A DNA stretch of 64,000 nucleotides, taken from positions 32,722 to 96,721 of the forward strand of contig NTJP01000001.1 of assembly GCA_002457145.1 (NCBI GenBank). The letters are read 5' to 3'. The translations under genes were made by a program, and so were the position numbers. This DNA comes from Marine Group II euryarchaeote MED-G38. GTDB lineage: Archaea; Thermoplasmatota; Poseidoniia; Poseidoniales; Thalassarchaeaceae. Numbering within the stretch: position 1 is the stretch's first letter; each line of letters begins with the position of its first letter. Positions 40,570 through 50,105 of this stretch are shown one piece after another. A model generated the notes under the pieces. It saw nothing but the letters and a program-made list of their open reading frames with translations, was not told the DNA's origin and did not search any database.

Positions 40570-40689
40570 TGCCTAACGGACATAGCAGTCATATATCCCA
40601 CTTATCTATTTACGTTCAAGTTTTTTTTCCATAAAACATATTTCTTAATAATAAATATCTTTGAAAAGAATACTTAGTTACGATAGGAT

Positions 40690-41601
40690 ATGGGGACGCA
40701 TGAATATATTAACGATGTCCGAAATGAAAATGTATTGATTTCGATAAATAAAAAACTATTTACAAGGTCTGATGCCAAAATATCTGTTTTTGATTCTGGA
40801 TTTCTTTTGGGTGATGGAATTTGGGAATCATTCAGACTTCACAAAGGTACTCTAGTTTTCATAGAAGATCATTTAGATCGTCTGTTCCATGGAGCTTCAA
40901 GTATATCTTTGAATATTCCATACTCAAGGGAAGAAATTATATCAGAAATAACAAATGTTGTCGATTCAAATAAAATGTATGATGATGTTCATATAAGATT
41001 AATTATCACTCGCGGCTTAAAGCCAACTCCTTATCAAGCCCCATGGATCATCTCAAGCCTTCCTACTATGGTAATTATACCTGAATATAAAAAAGCTAAC
41101 AAGGAACCTATCAGAAACGGTATTTCATTAGTCACTGTAGATATAATACGCGGCACTCATAACTCTCAAGATCCTAGAATCAATAGTCTTTCTAAGCATA
41201 ATTGTATTGCAGCCTGTATCGACGCAGAAAAAAAAGGAGGCGAAGAAGGGCTGATGCTCGATGTAGATGGCTATGTAAGCACATGTAACTCAACACATTT
41301 TTTTATGGTAAAAGATGGAGAAGTATGGACTTCAACGGGAGATTTCTGCCTTGATGGAATTACTAGGAAAAAAATAATTAATATTTGTAAAAAAAATCAA
41401 ATTCCTTGTTTTGAGAAAAAATTCACTGTTGATGATGTCAAATCAGCAGATGAAGCTTTCGTTACAGGAACCTTCGCTGGTATAATACCAGTGAATAGTT
41501 TTGATCATGAAATAATGGGCAACGGCACTAGGGGGCCGATGGTTGAAAAATTACAGAAATTATATGTTGAGATGATTAAGGAAGTTTGCCATGTCAAATA
41601 A
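40690..41601 (+). CDS. Class IV (branched-chain / D-amino-acid) aminotransferase
   Basis: VFDSGFLLGDGIWESFR, HLDRL, the catalytic Lys region SLSKHN and EGLMLDVDGYVST. Confidence 0.85.
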   Translation: MGTHEYINDVRNENVLISINKKLFTRSDAKISVFDSGFLLGDGIWESFRLHKGTLVFIEDHLDRLFHGASSISLNIPYSREEIISEITNVVDSNKMYDDVHIRLIITRGLKPTPYQAPWIISSLPTMVIIPEYKKANKEPIRNGISLVTVDIIRGTHNSQDPRINSLSKHNCIAACIDAEKKGGEEGLMLDVDGYVSTCNSTHFFMVKDGEVWTSTGDFCLDGITRKKIINICKKNQIPCFEKKFTVDDVKSADEAFVTGTFAGIIPVNSFDHEIMGNGTRGPMVEKLQKLYVEMIKEVCHVK

Positions 41602-42316
41602 TAGAATTGCTATGTGGTCCGGGCCAAGAAATATATCGACAGCCTTAATGTATTCTTTCAATAATAGAATAGATACAATTTGTACTGATGAACCTTTATA
41701 CCCAAATTATTTATTGAATACTGGAGTTTTACACCCCGGAAGGCTAGAAATAATCAATAATCAGAATTTGGATATTAATGAGACAATTAACGAAATCTGT
41801 AATGGTAATATCGATGGAGCAAAAATACATTACCAAAAACACATGGCGCATCATCTACTCCCTGAAATGCCAATCTCTTGGATTTCCAAACTCAAAAATT
41901 GTATTCTTATAAGAGACCCAAAAGAAGTAATACTTTCCCTGTCTAAGAAAATATCCAATATTGATATAAACTCAACTGGCCTAATTGAACAAATCAGGAT
42001 TTTTGAATATATTCTCGAAAATACAGGTAAAAATGTAACAATTATAGATTCTTCAGATATATTGAAAGATCCTATTTTAATGCTTACCAAATTATGTAAA
42101 GAATTAGATATAAAATTTGATGAATCAATGTTATCATGGAAGGAAGGACCAAAAAAATGTGATGGAATTTGGTCAAAACATTGGTACCAAGAGGTTTGGA
42201 AAACGACTGCATTCAAAACTTACAAAACAAGTAAAATAAATTTATCCGATTCCAATGAAATAATTTATCAAGAATGTAAGCCATTATATGAAAGATTATA
42301 TTCATTTAGGATATAA
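41591..42316 (+). CDS. Sulfotransferase-like P-loop protein (uncharacterised family)
   Basis: N-terminal WSGPRNISTALMYSF resembles the PAPS-binding loop of marine sulfotransferase-like proteins. It overlaps the aminotransferase by 11 nt. Confidence 0.45.
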   Translation: MSNNRIAMWSGPRNISTALMYSFNNRIDTICTDEPLYPNYLLNTGVLHPGRLEIINNQNLDINETINEICNGNIDGAKIHYQKHMAHHLLPEMPISWISKLKNCILIRDPKEVILSLSKKISNIDINSTGLIEQIRIFEYILENTGKNVTIIDSSDILKDPILMLTKLCKELDIKFDESMLSWKEGPKKCDGIWSKHWYQEVWKTTAFKTYKTSKINLSDSNEIIYQECKPLYERLYSFRI

Positions 42317-42467
42317 TGACTATCTACTTATTTATAACTTGAAAAATCTATAAATTTTAAGTTTAATTATTATCAGTATGATAGTTAGGTCACACAAAAA
42401 ATTAGTATTGATACCATTAGATGTTATTGGATATTTGTCAAACTAGGGGTAAATTTTATTCAGTGGT

Positions 42468-43064
42468 TTAAACCATCAATTGAATTGCTTGTATTAGTTC
42501 ATCTATTTTTGATATATCAATCATATGTCCTTTATGATGTTTAAATTCTGTGATTGGCCAAGAAACATCATTAAAAATATTTTTATGCTGCTTTCCTACT
42601 GAAATAGGGACTAAATGATCTTTTTCTCCATGCATCCAAATAATTGGCCTAGGCCAAATCTTAGAAACAGCATATTCCAATCCTTCAGGATTTACAGTCT
42701 TGGTGGCAATAAGGACTAATCCTATTATCCTATCTTGAATACTTCGTTCTAACATCATTGAGGCTATTGCGCCCCCTTGGGAAAATCCACCAACTATCAA
42801 AGGTCCTTCAGGTAACTCTTGAATGACTCTAGTGACGGACTCATTGGCTTGTTTCATTGCCCTCTCATTTAACGGATTTAAGGGCCCTGAAGGGTCATTA
42901 AACTCATCTCTAAGCCACCATGCGTAACCTCCTCTTGTTGGATGAGGGATTATTGCTTCAGGACAAAATATTTTCCAACCTTCAGGGACTATTTTTTTAG
43001 CCAAAGGAAGCATTTTATTCGCATTTCCGGTCATGCCATGTAGCATCACTAGTGTACCTTCCAT
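42468..43064 (-). CDS. Phospholipase/carboxylesterase-family alpha/beta hydrolase
   Basis: VMLHGMTGN, nucleophile elbow GFSQGG and HGEKDHLV. The track start is TTG, and the ATG is at 43064. Confidence 0.8.
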   Translation of the reverse strand: MEGTLVMLHGMTGNANKMLPLAKKIVPEGWKIFCPEAIIPHPTRGGYAWWLRDEFNDPSGPLNPLNERAMKQANESVTRVIQELPEGPLIVGGFSQGGAIASMMLERSIQDRIIGLVLIATKTVNPEGLEYAVSKIWPRPIIWMHGEKDHLVPISVGKQHKNIFNDVSWPITEFKHHKGHMIDISKIDELIQAIQLMV

Positions 43065-43073
43065 CCTCAACCC

Positions 43074-44033
43074 TCATAGTGTCCAAGATTGAGTTATACC
43101 GCCAGCAAATATTAATCTTAACATACTATCTCCTGTTAATGTTGCAGTGAGTGTATATTCTTCAGTAGGATAAGGAATAGTCCCTAGAGTTCCAAGCTCG
43201 CTTGAACCTGGGCCATAAGCCCTAAACAGAGCTGTTGCAGATAAATGATCTCTAAGTGTCAATGTAATAGAAGATGATCCACTTCCACATTCAGCATCTA
43301 AAAAGTAAATCATTTCGTCCCACTCTCCATCATTTGGATGATTACTAACCAAAAAGGAATCTTCAATTTCTATATCAGGGCCGTTACTTTGCCATGTGTT
43401 GGAGTAAAGATCTCCTCCTCTTACGAAGTAAACATCTCCAGAATATATGTCCCCCTTTTCTACAAAAATCATCTTCAATTGTTCAATATTTTCATTATCA
43501 GTCCATGTGAACATTCTGAAGAATTCTATTTCTGTATCATAAGAGTATACTAATTTTGACCCTTCGTCAGAGGAAGCTTGAATTACGGCAATGTTTTGAT
43601 TTATTGATATTACATTTGCATTCCATTCCATGTCGAATAAAGTATAAGTCCAACTCTTACTTAATTCTAATGGGAAATCCATAACTAATTGAGGAACTCC
43701 ATTTTCATAGGTGCTTAAATCACTATGTGTCATTCTTCCCAAAAACGGATTATGATTCAAAACAGCATGCCTTCTTGCTTCTGTTAAACTAGAGATTGTT
43801 AACATATATGCAGTACCTTCTTCTTCATTATCCGAAGCAACGACTAGTTTAGCAGTATCATCACTGTATTCTGGCGTAGTGAATGTATAAAGCCAATTTT
43901 CTCCAATTTCCCAAGTAGGGACATCTATCACATTATCGGAATTCGAATTTGTATTATTTTCAAGAGCAGTACATCCTGATAACATTGTACTAAAAAATAA
44001 AATTACCATTACAAATGAAATTACCTTATCCAC
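43074..44033 (-). CDS. Hypothetical secreted protein, lipobox-type signal
   Basis: The GTG start gives MDKVISFVMVILFFSTMLSGC. No recognisable domain. It lies 9 nt upstream of the esterase gene. Confidence 0.6.
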   Translation of the reverse strand: MDKVISFVMVILFFSTMLSGCTALENNTNSNSDNVIDVPTWEIGENWLYTFTTPEYSDDTAKLVVASDNEEEGTAYMLTISSLTEARRHAVLNHNPFLGRMTHSDLSTYENGVPQLVMDFPLELSKSWTYTLFDMEWNANVISINQNIAVIQASSDEGSKLVYSYDTEIEFFRMFTWTDNENIEQLKMIFVEKGDIYSGDVYFVRGGDLYSNTWQSNGPDIEIEDSFLVSNHPNDGEWDEMIYFLDAECGSGSSSITLTLRDHLSATALFRAYGPGSSELGTLGTIPYPTEEYTLTATLTGDSMLRLIFAGGITQSWTL

Positions 44034-44082
44034 GACTATAGCACAGCACTCATTGGTATGAGTGTAACGGTGATTGGTTCAA

Positions 44083-46173
44083 TTATAGATTATTCAAAAA
44101 CTCAAGTAACCATCCTTCAGCATTTAATTGTCCAGTTCCCGCAAGTACTACGGCAACTATTGACATTAGTTTAATGAGAATGTTAAGTGATGGTCCTGAG
44201 GTATCTTTGAAAGGATCTCCGATGGTATCTCCAATTACTGCTGCATCATGAGCAGAATCTCCTTTCACTGCACCTGAAATATGTCCTTGTTCAATAGCTT
44301 TCTTGGCATTGTCCCAGGCACCTCCTGCATTAGCCATGAATAAAGCCATCAAAACACCTGTGACAAGTGAGCCAGCCAAAAGACCTCCCAATGCGTCCCA
44401 GCCTAGTGCCAACCCAACTATGACTGGTGCAGAAACTGCTACAACTCCTGGGCCAACCATTTCTCTAAGCGCGGCCTGTGTTGAAATATCTACACATTTC
44501 TTTGAATCAGGTTTTACTCCCTCAACTCCGTCTAATAATCCAGGTATTTCTTTAAACTGCCTTCTTATTTCTAGTACCATGTCTCCTGCCGCTTTACCTA
44601 CGGATGTCATGGTCATAGCTGCTACTACGAACGGCAACCCTCCTCCAATTAGTAGACCAATTACAACCATTGGGTTGGTAAGGTTAAGTTCCAAATTTCC
44701 ATCTATTGCTGCAGTGTAAGCTGCAAATAATGCAAGTGCAGTCAATGCGGCTGAGCCTATTGCAAAACCCTTGCCAACTGCAGCGGTAGTATTGCCTATC
44801 GAATCAAGCTCATCAGTAATCGCCCTAACGTCATCTCCAAGGGCACTCATTTCAGCTATTCCTCCTGCATTATCTGCCACAGGGCCATAAGCATCTACAG
44901 TCATAGTGACTCCAACAGTTGCTAACATCCCCATTGCAGCCATTGCAATACCATAAAGTCCCATTTCTCCGCCACCATTGAATTCATTTGCACCCAATAT
45001 TCCTATAGAAATTAATATTATAGGAAGGAATGTTGACATCATTCCAACTGAAAGTCCAGCAATAGCGTTTGTCGCTGGACCAGTTTTTGACATCTCTCCT
45101 ATGTGAGGAATTGCTCTAGTTCTTATCCCAAAAACAGGTTCAATACCAGTATAGTATTCTGTAACCAAACCAATCATTATCCCTACGATACTCCCAAGTA
45201 CTACTGAATGCATTACTCCCATCTCAACATCCATCAAATCTTGTGTAATTGATAGATATCCACCGGCCCAGAATAAAATTGCTGCAATAAATGTCGTATT
45301 CCTCAAAGCTGCGGCTGGATCGGAGCCATTTTTTAAGAAAGTCATTGAGAAAACACCAATAATTGATGCTAAGTAACCTATTAACCCAAGCATAATTGGC
45401 ATTATAATATAATCAACAGTCATTTCTTCGGAATTACTAGCAATAATCATTGCAGCAATAATTGATCCAACAAATGATTCGAAAATATCTGCACCCATTC
45501 CTGCGACATCACCGACATTATCTCCAACATTATCTGCAATTACACCTGGGTTTCTCGGATCGTCTTCTGGGATGCCAGCTTCTACTTTACCAACTAAGTC
45601 TGCCCCAACATCTGCTGCCTTTGTGTAAATACCTCCGCCAACACGGGCAAAAAGAGCTATTGAAGATGCACCCATTCCAAATCCAGCTGCTGCTGATAGA
45701 TTTTCTGTATCAGGATTGGCGGCATCTAACCAAAATGCTATCAAAGATATCCCTAGTAATCCTAGTCCTCCTACTGAGAGTCCCATTACTGCTCCGCCAT
45801 TGTATGATACAGCCAATGCTCCAGCCTGACCCTCATTTTTAGCAGCCATAGCAGTTCTACCATTTGCAGAGGTTGCTGCCCTCATGCCGGAAAATCCGGC
45901 CAACACTGATGCAAGAGCACCTGCAAAGAAAGCTATCGATGTTTCAAAATCATTTAGGAAAAATAGTAATATACCAACAATTACTACAAAAATACTCAAG
46001 ACCCTGTATTCAGCATACAGAAAAGCCATTGCTCCATCTTGAATTTCTTGAGTTATATCTCCTACTGTCTTATTATCAATTTTTACTTCATTCACTTTTC
46101 TATATAAGACGAACGCAATTAACAATCCTAAGATTCCTGCAGCCGCTGCAAATAATGGTATATTTTCATTCAT
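44083..46173 (-). CDS. hppA: Membrane-bound H+/Na+-translocating pyrophosphatase
   Basis: 696 aa, multi-TM, with [26 protein letters not shown] and [11 protein letters not shown] motifs. Confidence 0.97.
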   Translation of the reverse strand: MNENIPLFAAAAGILGLLIAFVLYRKVNEVKIDNKTVGDITQEIQDGAMAFLYAEYRVLSIFVVIVGILLFFLNDFETSIAFFAGALASVLAGFSGMRAATSANGRTAMAAKNEGQAGALAVSYNGGAVMGLSVGGLGLLGISLIAFWLDAANPDTENLSAAAGFGMGASSIALFARVGGGIYTKAADVGADLVGKVEAGIPEDDPRNPGVIADNVGDNVGDVAGMGADIFESFVGSIIAAMIIASNSEEMTVDYIIMPIMLGLIGYLASIIGVFSMTFLKNGSDPAAALRNTTFIAAILFWAGGYLSITQDLMDVEMGVMHSVVLGSIVGIMIGLVTEYYTGIEPVFGIRTRAIPHIGEMSKTGPATNAIAGLSVGMMSTFLPIILISIGILGANEFNGGGEMGLYGIAMAAMGMLATVGVTMTVDAYGPVADNAGGIAEMSALGDDVRAITDELDSIGNTTAAVGKGFAIGSAALTALALFAAYTAAIDGNLELNLTNPMVVIGLLIGGGLPFVVAAMTMTSVGKAAGDMVLEIRRQFKEIPGLLDGVEGVKPDSKKCVDISTQAALREMVGPGVVAVSAPVIVGLALGWDALGGLLAGSLVTGVLMALFMANAGGAWDNAKKAIEQGHISGAVKGDSAHDAAVIGDTIGDPFKDTSGPSLNILIKLMSIVAVVLAGTGQLNAEGWLLEFLNNL

Positions 46174-46250
46174 GGGGTTTACCTTCTGACTCGCGGACCA
46201 AAGAGTTACTTATAACCGGAATCCTGATTATAAGTATGACTAGGTACCTA

Positions 46251-47159
46251 TTAAGTGGTATTTTCTAATACGATACGAGCAAAAGATGAAAGAATACTCG
46301 CGCCGTCATGCTCTCCTTTGAATGACACAAACTCTTCTTTAGTTATGTGCCCCCATTCATATGCACGCTCTATTCTTTTTCTAGCAGCCTCTGGATGGAA
46401 TTGTATTCCCCAGGCAGGTAGTGGACCATCGGATTCATCATATACTCTTATTGCAGTAATTAGATTATGATCAGCTATACCTACTAATTTACTTGATTTT
46501 GGTATAGTGACCACATGATCTTGATGAGTGTAGAGGCCAAATATCTGAGATTCAGGTGTTAAATGTGATGTTAGCAAAGGATCATTATTCCCAAATTCAG
46601 TTAATTTTAATTCCCAAATCCCACTTGATAAAGTATCAGCACGTTTTATTTCACTACCTAGTGAATAACATAATAGTTGATGTCCAAAACAAATTCCCAA
46701 AGTAGGAATACCAGATTTAGCAGTTACTCTCATCAAAGTCGCTGCTGGCCCCATCCATTCTTCCCAAATACTAACATTTCTTCTAGATCCTGAACACACT
46801 AAAGCATCAATTGATAAACTATTTAACCATTCACTCATAATAAAATCATCACTATTCATTGGCATAATTATCCTGTTAAAATTTACTTTTTTAGATTCAA
46901 TATCTACTATCTTACTCTGCCAAAAAGGATATTCATTATCCCAATTAGGCACATCTTCAATTTTTAGTGGTATTTGAGAAGTCCTTTCTGTTTTATTTCC
47001 TGATTCAAAAGATTGCATCTGAGGAGTCAATAGTAAAACTTCAACATCCACATTCTTCAAAAATGGTCTTATTACTTCCTGATTCCCACCGTGTCCAAAT
47101 TCTGCTCTTTCAACCAATAGATCAAGCAGTAGTATCCGAATACGGCCAACCATGGACAT
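46251..47159 (-). CDS. Class-I glutamine amidotransferase-domain protein (GMP-synthase-like GATase)
   Basis: GICFGHQLL and GIQFHPE. The track start at 47198 is GTG, and ATGs lie at 47159 and 47153. Confidence 0.8.
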   Translation of the reverse strand: MSMVGRIRILLLDLLVERAEFGHGGNQEVIRPFLKNVDVEVLLLTPQMQSFESGNKTERTSQIPLKIEDVPNWDNEYPFWQSKIVDIESKKVNFNRIIMPMNSDDFIMSEWLNSLSIDALVCSGSRRNVSIWEEWMGPAATLMRVTAKSGIPTLGICFGHQLLCYSLGSEIKRADTLSSGIWELKLTEFGNNDPLLTSHLTPESQIFGLYTHQDHVVTIPKSSKLVGIADHNLITAIRVYDESDGPLPAWGIQFHPEAARKRIERAYEWGHITKEEFVSFKGEHDGASILSSFARIVLENTT

Positions 47160-47217
47160 CGTAAGGGGGAGTGTTTGAAAGCCTAACCCCTCTTCCACAG
47201 CACAGGGAGATTACCAA

Positions 47218-47499
47218 ATGGTAGACAAACAAGTTATTCTGGAATCTGTAGGGCCAGTTCAAGCCATACTTGATGCACATGATGGCGTAGTAAATGTTTT
47301 AGATACTACAGATGGAGTGATTATGATATCATTAGAAGGAGGGTGTACGGGTTGTTCTGCTACACCAATGACTGCAATGCAAATATATTATTCTCTCATG
47401 AAACTTGAAGAAGTAAATGATGTAATCTTCGTGAATGGTGAATTGCCTGCATACATGCGTTCATTTATTGATGATAAATTAAATGTAGAGATCGAATAA
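47218..47499 (+). CDS. NifU C-terminal-domain-like Fe-S scaffold protein
   Basis: LEGGCTGCSATPMT motif. GGGAG lies 8 nt upstream of the ATG. Confidence 0.75.
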   Translation: MVDKQVILESVGPVQAILDAHDGVVNVLDTTDGVIMISLEGGCTGCSATPMTAMQIYYSLMKLEEVNDVIFVNGELPAYMRSFIDDKLNVEIE

Positions 47500-47502
47500 T
47501 GG

Positions 47503-47835
47503 CTATTTATCTTCTCTTCGCATTTTCATTATTTCATGAGGATTGGTCTCACCTTGCACATCTTTTCCTTTTATGTTAAGTGATGCAGTTATTGCTACAA
47601 CTATTGCTACTACCGCTAATGGCCTAGCAGCATTTCTTGATTCCCATAATTCTCCACCTAAGTAGTGTAGGAGAAATAAAAATATTGCAGAAGTTGAACA
47701 TAATATCATAATAGCTCTTTGAGCTAATAATTCCCCGCCTTTGGTTCTAGATAAAGTTCCAATTGAAATCCAAAGAAGAGTAGAAATTCCACAAAGACTG
47801 AGTGAGATATTCTCAACTACATTGACTAAATCCAT
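47503..47835 (-). CDS. Hypothetical small membrane protein
   Basis: 110 aa with three hydrophobic helices. AGGAGG lies 12 nt upstream of the ATG. Confidence 0.55.
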   Translation of the reverse strand: MDLVNVVENISLSLCGISTLLWISIGTLSRTKGGELLAQRAIMILCSTSAIFLFLLHYLGGELWESRNAARPLAVVAIVVAITASLNIKGKDVQGETNPHEIMKMRREDK

Positions 47836-47859
47836 ACCTTCCGGACGCCTCCTTACTTG

Positions 47860-47868
47860 TTTATATTA
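47860..47868 (+). promoter_or_regulatory. TATA-like box upstream of the polX operon
   Basis: TTTATATTA. A transcript start ~25 nt downstream would fall inside the GC-rich inverted repeat. Confidence 0.35.
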
Positions 47869-47886
47869 GTGAGGTAATTTGAAACA

Positions 47887-47923
47887 GAAGGGGGGCAAGA
47901 TGAAGTTACATGACTCCCCCTTC
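47887..47923 (+). promoter_or_regulatory. GC-rich inverted repeat in the polX leader/promoter
   Basis: GAAGGGGG (47887-47894) and CCCCCTTC (47916-47923) are separated by 21 nt. G/C runs like this are conspicuous in this AT-rich window. Confidence 0.4.
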
Positions 47924-47985
47924 AATTCATGGCGAACACTATGAGATGGACTCTACCTAGTTCACGAAGTTCTTCCCCTCCATTT

Positions 47986-49863
47986 ATGTCGAAAACACAA
48001 ATTGCGAATACTTTTGATCAAATAGCAGTGTTACTTGAATTAGATGGAGCTAATAGATTTAAAGTAATAGCATATCAAAATGCAAGTCGCGCCTTGGCCA
48101 CATTAGAAGAGGATTTACTAATAGTTGTTAAAGAGAATAGAGTTACAGATATTAAAGGAATAGGAAAGGGCATTGGTGGCCTAATCTCAGAAGCAGTATT
48201 AAATGGTTCATGGGGCAATCTTGGCGAGTTATATGATAAAATACCTCCAGGCCTTATCGAGATGACAGGAATACCTAGTTTAGGTCCAAAAAGAGTCAGA
48301 TTACTTTATGAAGAATTGAATATAGACTCTCTAAAGAAATTAAAAATAGCATGTGAAAATAATAAAATAGCATCTTTGCAAGGTTTTGGAGTAAAAAGTC
48401 AAGAAAAGTATCTTGAAGGTATTGAATTACTCCGTAGATATCAAGGCAGAAGTAGGATGGATATTGGCCTAGCTTATGGACGCTCTTTAGAAGATAAAAT
48501 ATCACAAATCCCTAATGTATTAAAAGCACAACTTGCGGGAAGTGCTAGACGAATGAGAGAAACAATTGGCGATTTAGACATAGTTCTAAGTGCTAAAATA
48601 GAACATCAAGAAAAAATAATTAATCAAATAATGAATTTCTCAGGAATTGCCGATGTTAAGGGTCAAGGAACTTCTAAAATTAGTTTGATACTGGAATCGG
48701 AAATGTTAGCCGAACCTATCATTAATAAGGAATTAGATTTCAGTCTTTCGGAAAATATTTCAGAAAAATCAATTAATTCTACAATCGATGCTCAAATTAG
48801 AATAGTGAGCCCTGAAGCTTTTCCTTTTACCTTGGCTTACTTTACAGGGTCTAAAGAACATAACATACGTATGCGCCAAAGAGCAATTGATAAAGGTCTG
48901 AGATTAAATGAGTTTGGACTTTTCTCAGAGAAGGAAGCAGGTGACAAAATAGGAATGGAAGCTGCCAAAAATACACTTATATGCAATAGTGAATTAGAAA
49001 TATACAAGAATTTAGACATGGATTGGGTCGCGCCAGAATTACGTGAAGATATGGGAGAAATAGAAGCATCATTGCAAGGTGTTTTACCAAATCTAATAAA
49101 GATAGATGATATAAAAGGTGCATTTCATAATCATACTACATCTTCAGATGGTGCTGCAACATTGGAAGAAATGGCTAATTACGCCTTAAAACTAGGTTGG
49201 GAGTATTTGGGAATAGCAGATCACTCAGAGTCATTAAATATTGGAGGAAGGCAAATAGGAATCCCAAGTGATGAAATAATCAATCAATCTATTGAGATTA
49301 ATAAATTGAATAAGCACTTTCTAGATGAAAACATAAATTTTAGATTATTCCATGGTTCTGAATGCGATATACTATCGGATGGTAAATTAGACTACCCTTT
49401 GGAAATCCGCAATTCTCTATCACATGTAATAGGTTCCGTTCATGCCCTAGGAAGTTGGAGGAATAGAGATGAATCTACAAATACAGAATTATTAATAAAA
49501 GCCATCGAAGATCCCACATTTACAATTTTAGGACATCCAACAGGAAGGATTTTACAAGGGAGAGAAGGATTCCCTCTGGATATGCATTCAATTTTACGTA
49601 CTATGGCTGAATTCAATGAGGAAGGAATTCTAAAAGCTGTTGAAATCAATGCATCACCGTACCGTCTTGATTTAGATTGGAAATTTTGTAAATATGCTAA
49701 AGAAATCGGAGTCCCGATATGCATTAATCCTGATGCTCATGACACTAACGGATTGAGTGATGTTTGGTATGGTACTCAAATAGCCAGAAAAGGATGGCTA
49801 GAATCGAAAGACGTACTGAATACAAAGTCTGGAGATGAGATCGAAATTCTCTTTGGCAAATAA
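47986..49863 (+). CDS. polX: Family X DNA polymerase with a C-terminal PHP domain
   Basis: The ATG at 47986 gives the canonical 8-kDa-domain start MSKTQIANTFDQIAVLLELDGANRFKVIAY. Also HhH GIGKG, catalytic GDLDIV and PHP FHNHTTSSDG. The track start at 47929 adds 19 atypical residues. Confidence 0.92.
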   Translation: MSKTQIANTFDQIAVLLELDGANRFKVIAYQNASRALATLEEDLLIVVKENRVTDIKGIGKGIGGLISEAVLNGSWGNLGELYDKIPPGLIEMTGIPSLGPKRVRLLYEELNIDSLKKLKIACENNKIASLQGFGVKSQEKYLEGIELLRRYQGRSRMDIGLAYGRSLEDKISQIPNVLKAQLAGSARRMRETIGDLDIVLSAKIEHQEKIINQIMNFSGIADVKGQGTSKISLILESEMLAEPIINKELDFSLSENISEKSINSTIDAQIRIVSPEAFPFTLAYFTGSKEHNIRMRQRAIDKGLRLNEFGLFSEKEAGDKIGMEAAKNTLICNSELEIYKNLDMDWVAPELREDMGEIEASLQGVLPNLIKIDDIKGAFHNHTTSSDGAATLEEMANYALKLGWEYLGIADHSESLNIGGRQIGIPSDEIINQSIEINKLNKHFLDENINFRLFHGSECDILSDGKLDYPLEIRNSLSHVIGSVHALGSWRNRDESTNTELLIKAIEDPTFTILGHPTGRILQGREGFPLDMHSILRTMAEFNEEGILKAVEINASPYRLDLDWKFCKYAKEIGVPICINPDAHDTNGLSDVWYGTQIARKGWLESKDVLNTKSGDEIEILFGK

Positions 49864-49898
49864 CGAACCTTCATCAAATATTAGCATTAGTCGAAGGC

Positions 49899-50105
49899 AT
49901 GGGATTAGCGCGCGGGCTTGTATTTGTGGGAGTAGCTGTATTACCAAGTTTGGTACTTGGTCTAGTTTCCTACATCGCATTAGGAGGCACAACATCGGAT
50001 TCAATCGAAGGTGGAGAGTTCATGTATGGTCCCTGTTATGGAATACCTGCTCTATGCCTAATAGTTGCTTTTATTATGGGATTAAAAGATGATCAGAGGG
50101 AATAA
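49899..50105 (+). CDS. Hypothetical small two-TM membrane protein
   Basis: 68 aa with two hydrophobic helices. Its stop overlaps the nth start (TAATG). Confidence 0.5.
   Translation: MGLARGLVFVGVAVLPSLVLGLVSYIALGGTTSDSIEGGEFMYGPCYGIPALCLIVAFIMGLKDDQRE

Noticed and set aside
42317-42467. The longest clean non-coding stretch (151 nt) between convergent genes, examined for an ncRNA or a small ORF.
   Set aside because: It has no convincing stem-loops, no C/D or H/ACA-like boxes and no ORF longer than ~9 codons. It is plausibly just two 3-prime UTRs.
49835-50092. 85-aa ORF starting inside the polX 3-prime end, as an alternative to the 68-aa two-TM ORF at 49899-50105.
   Set aside because: The translation is basic and Cys/Arg-rich and not protein-like, and it overlaps polX. 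The other frame gives two clean TM helices and a TAATG junction with nth.
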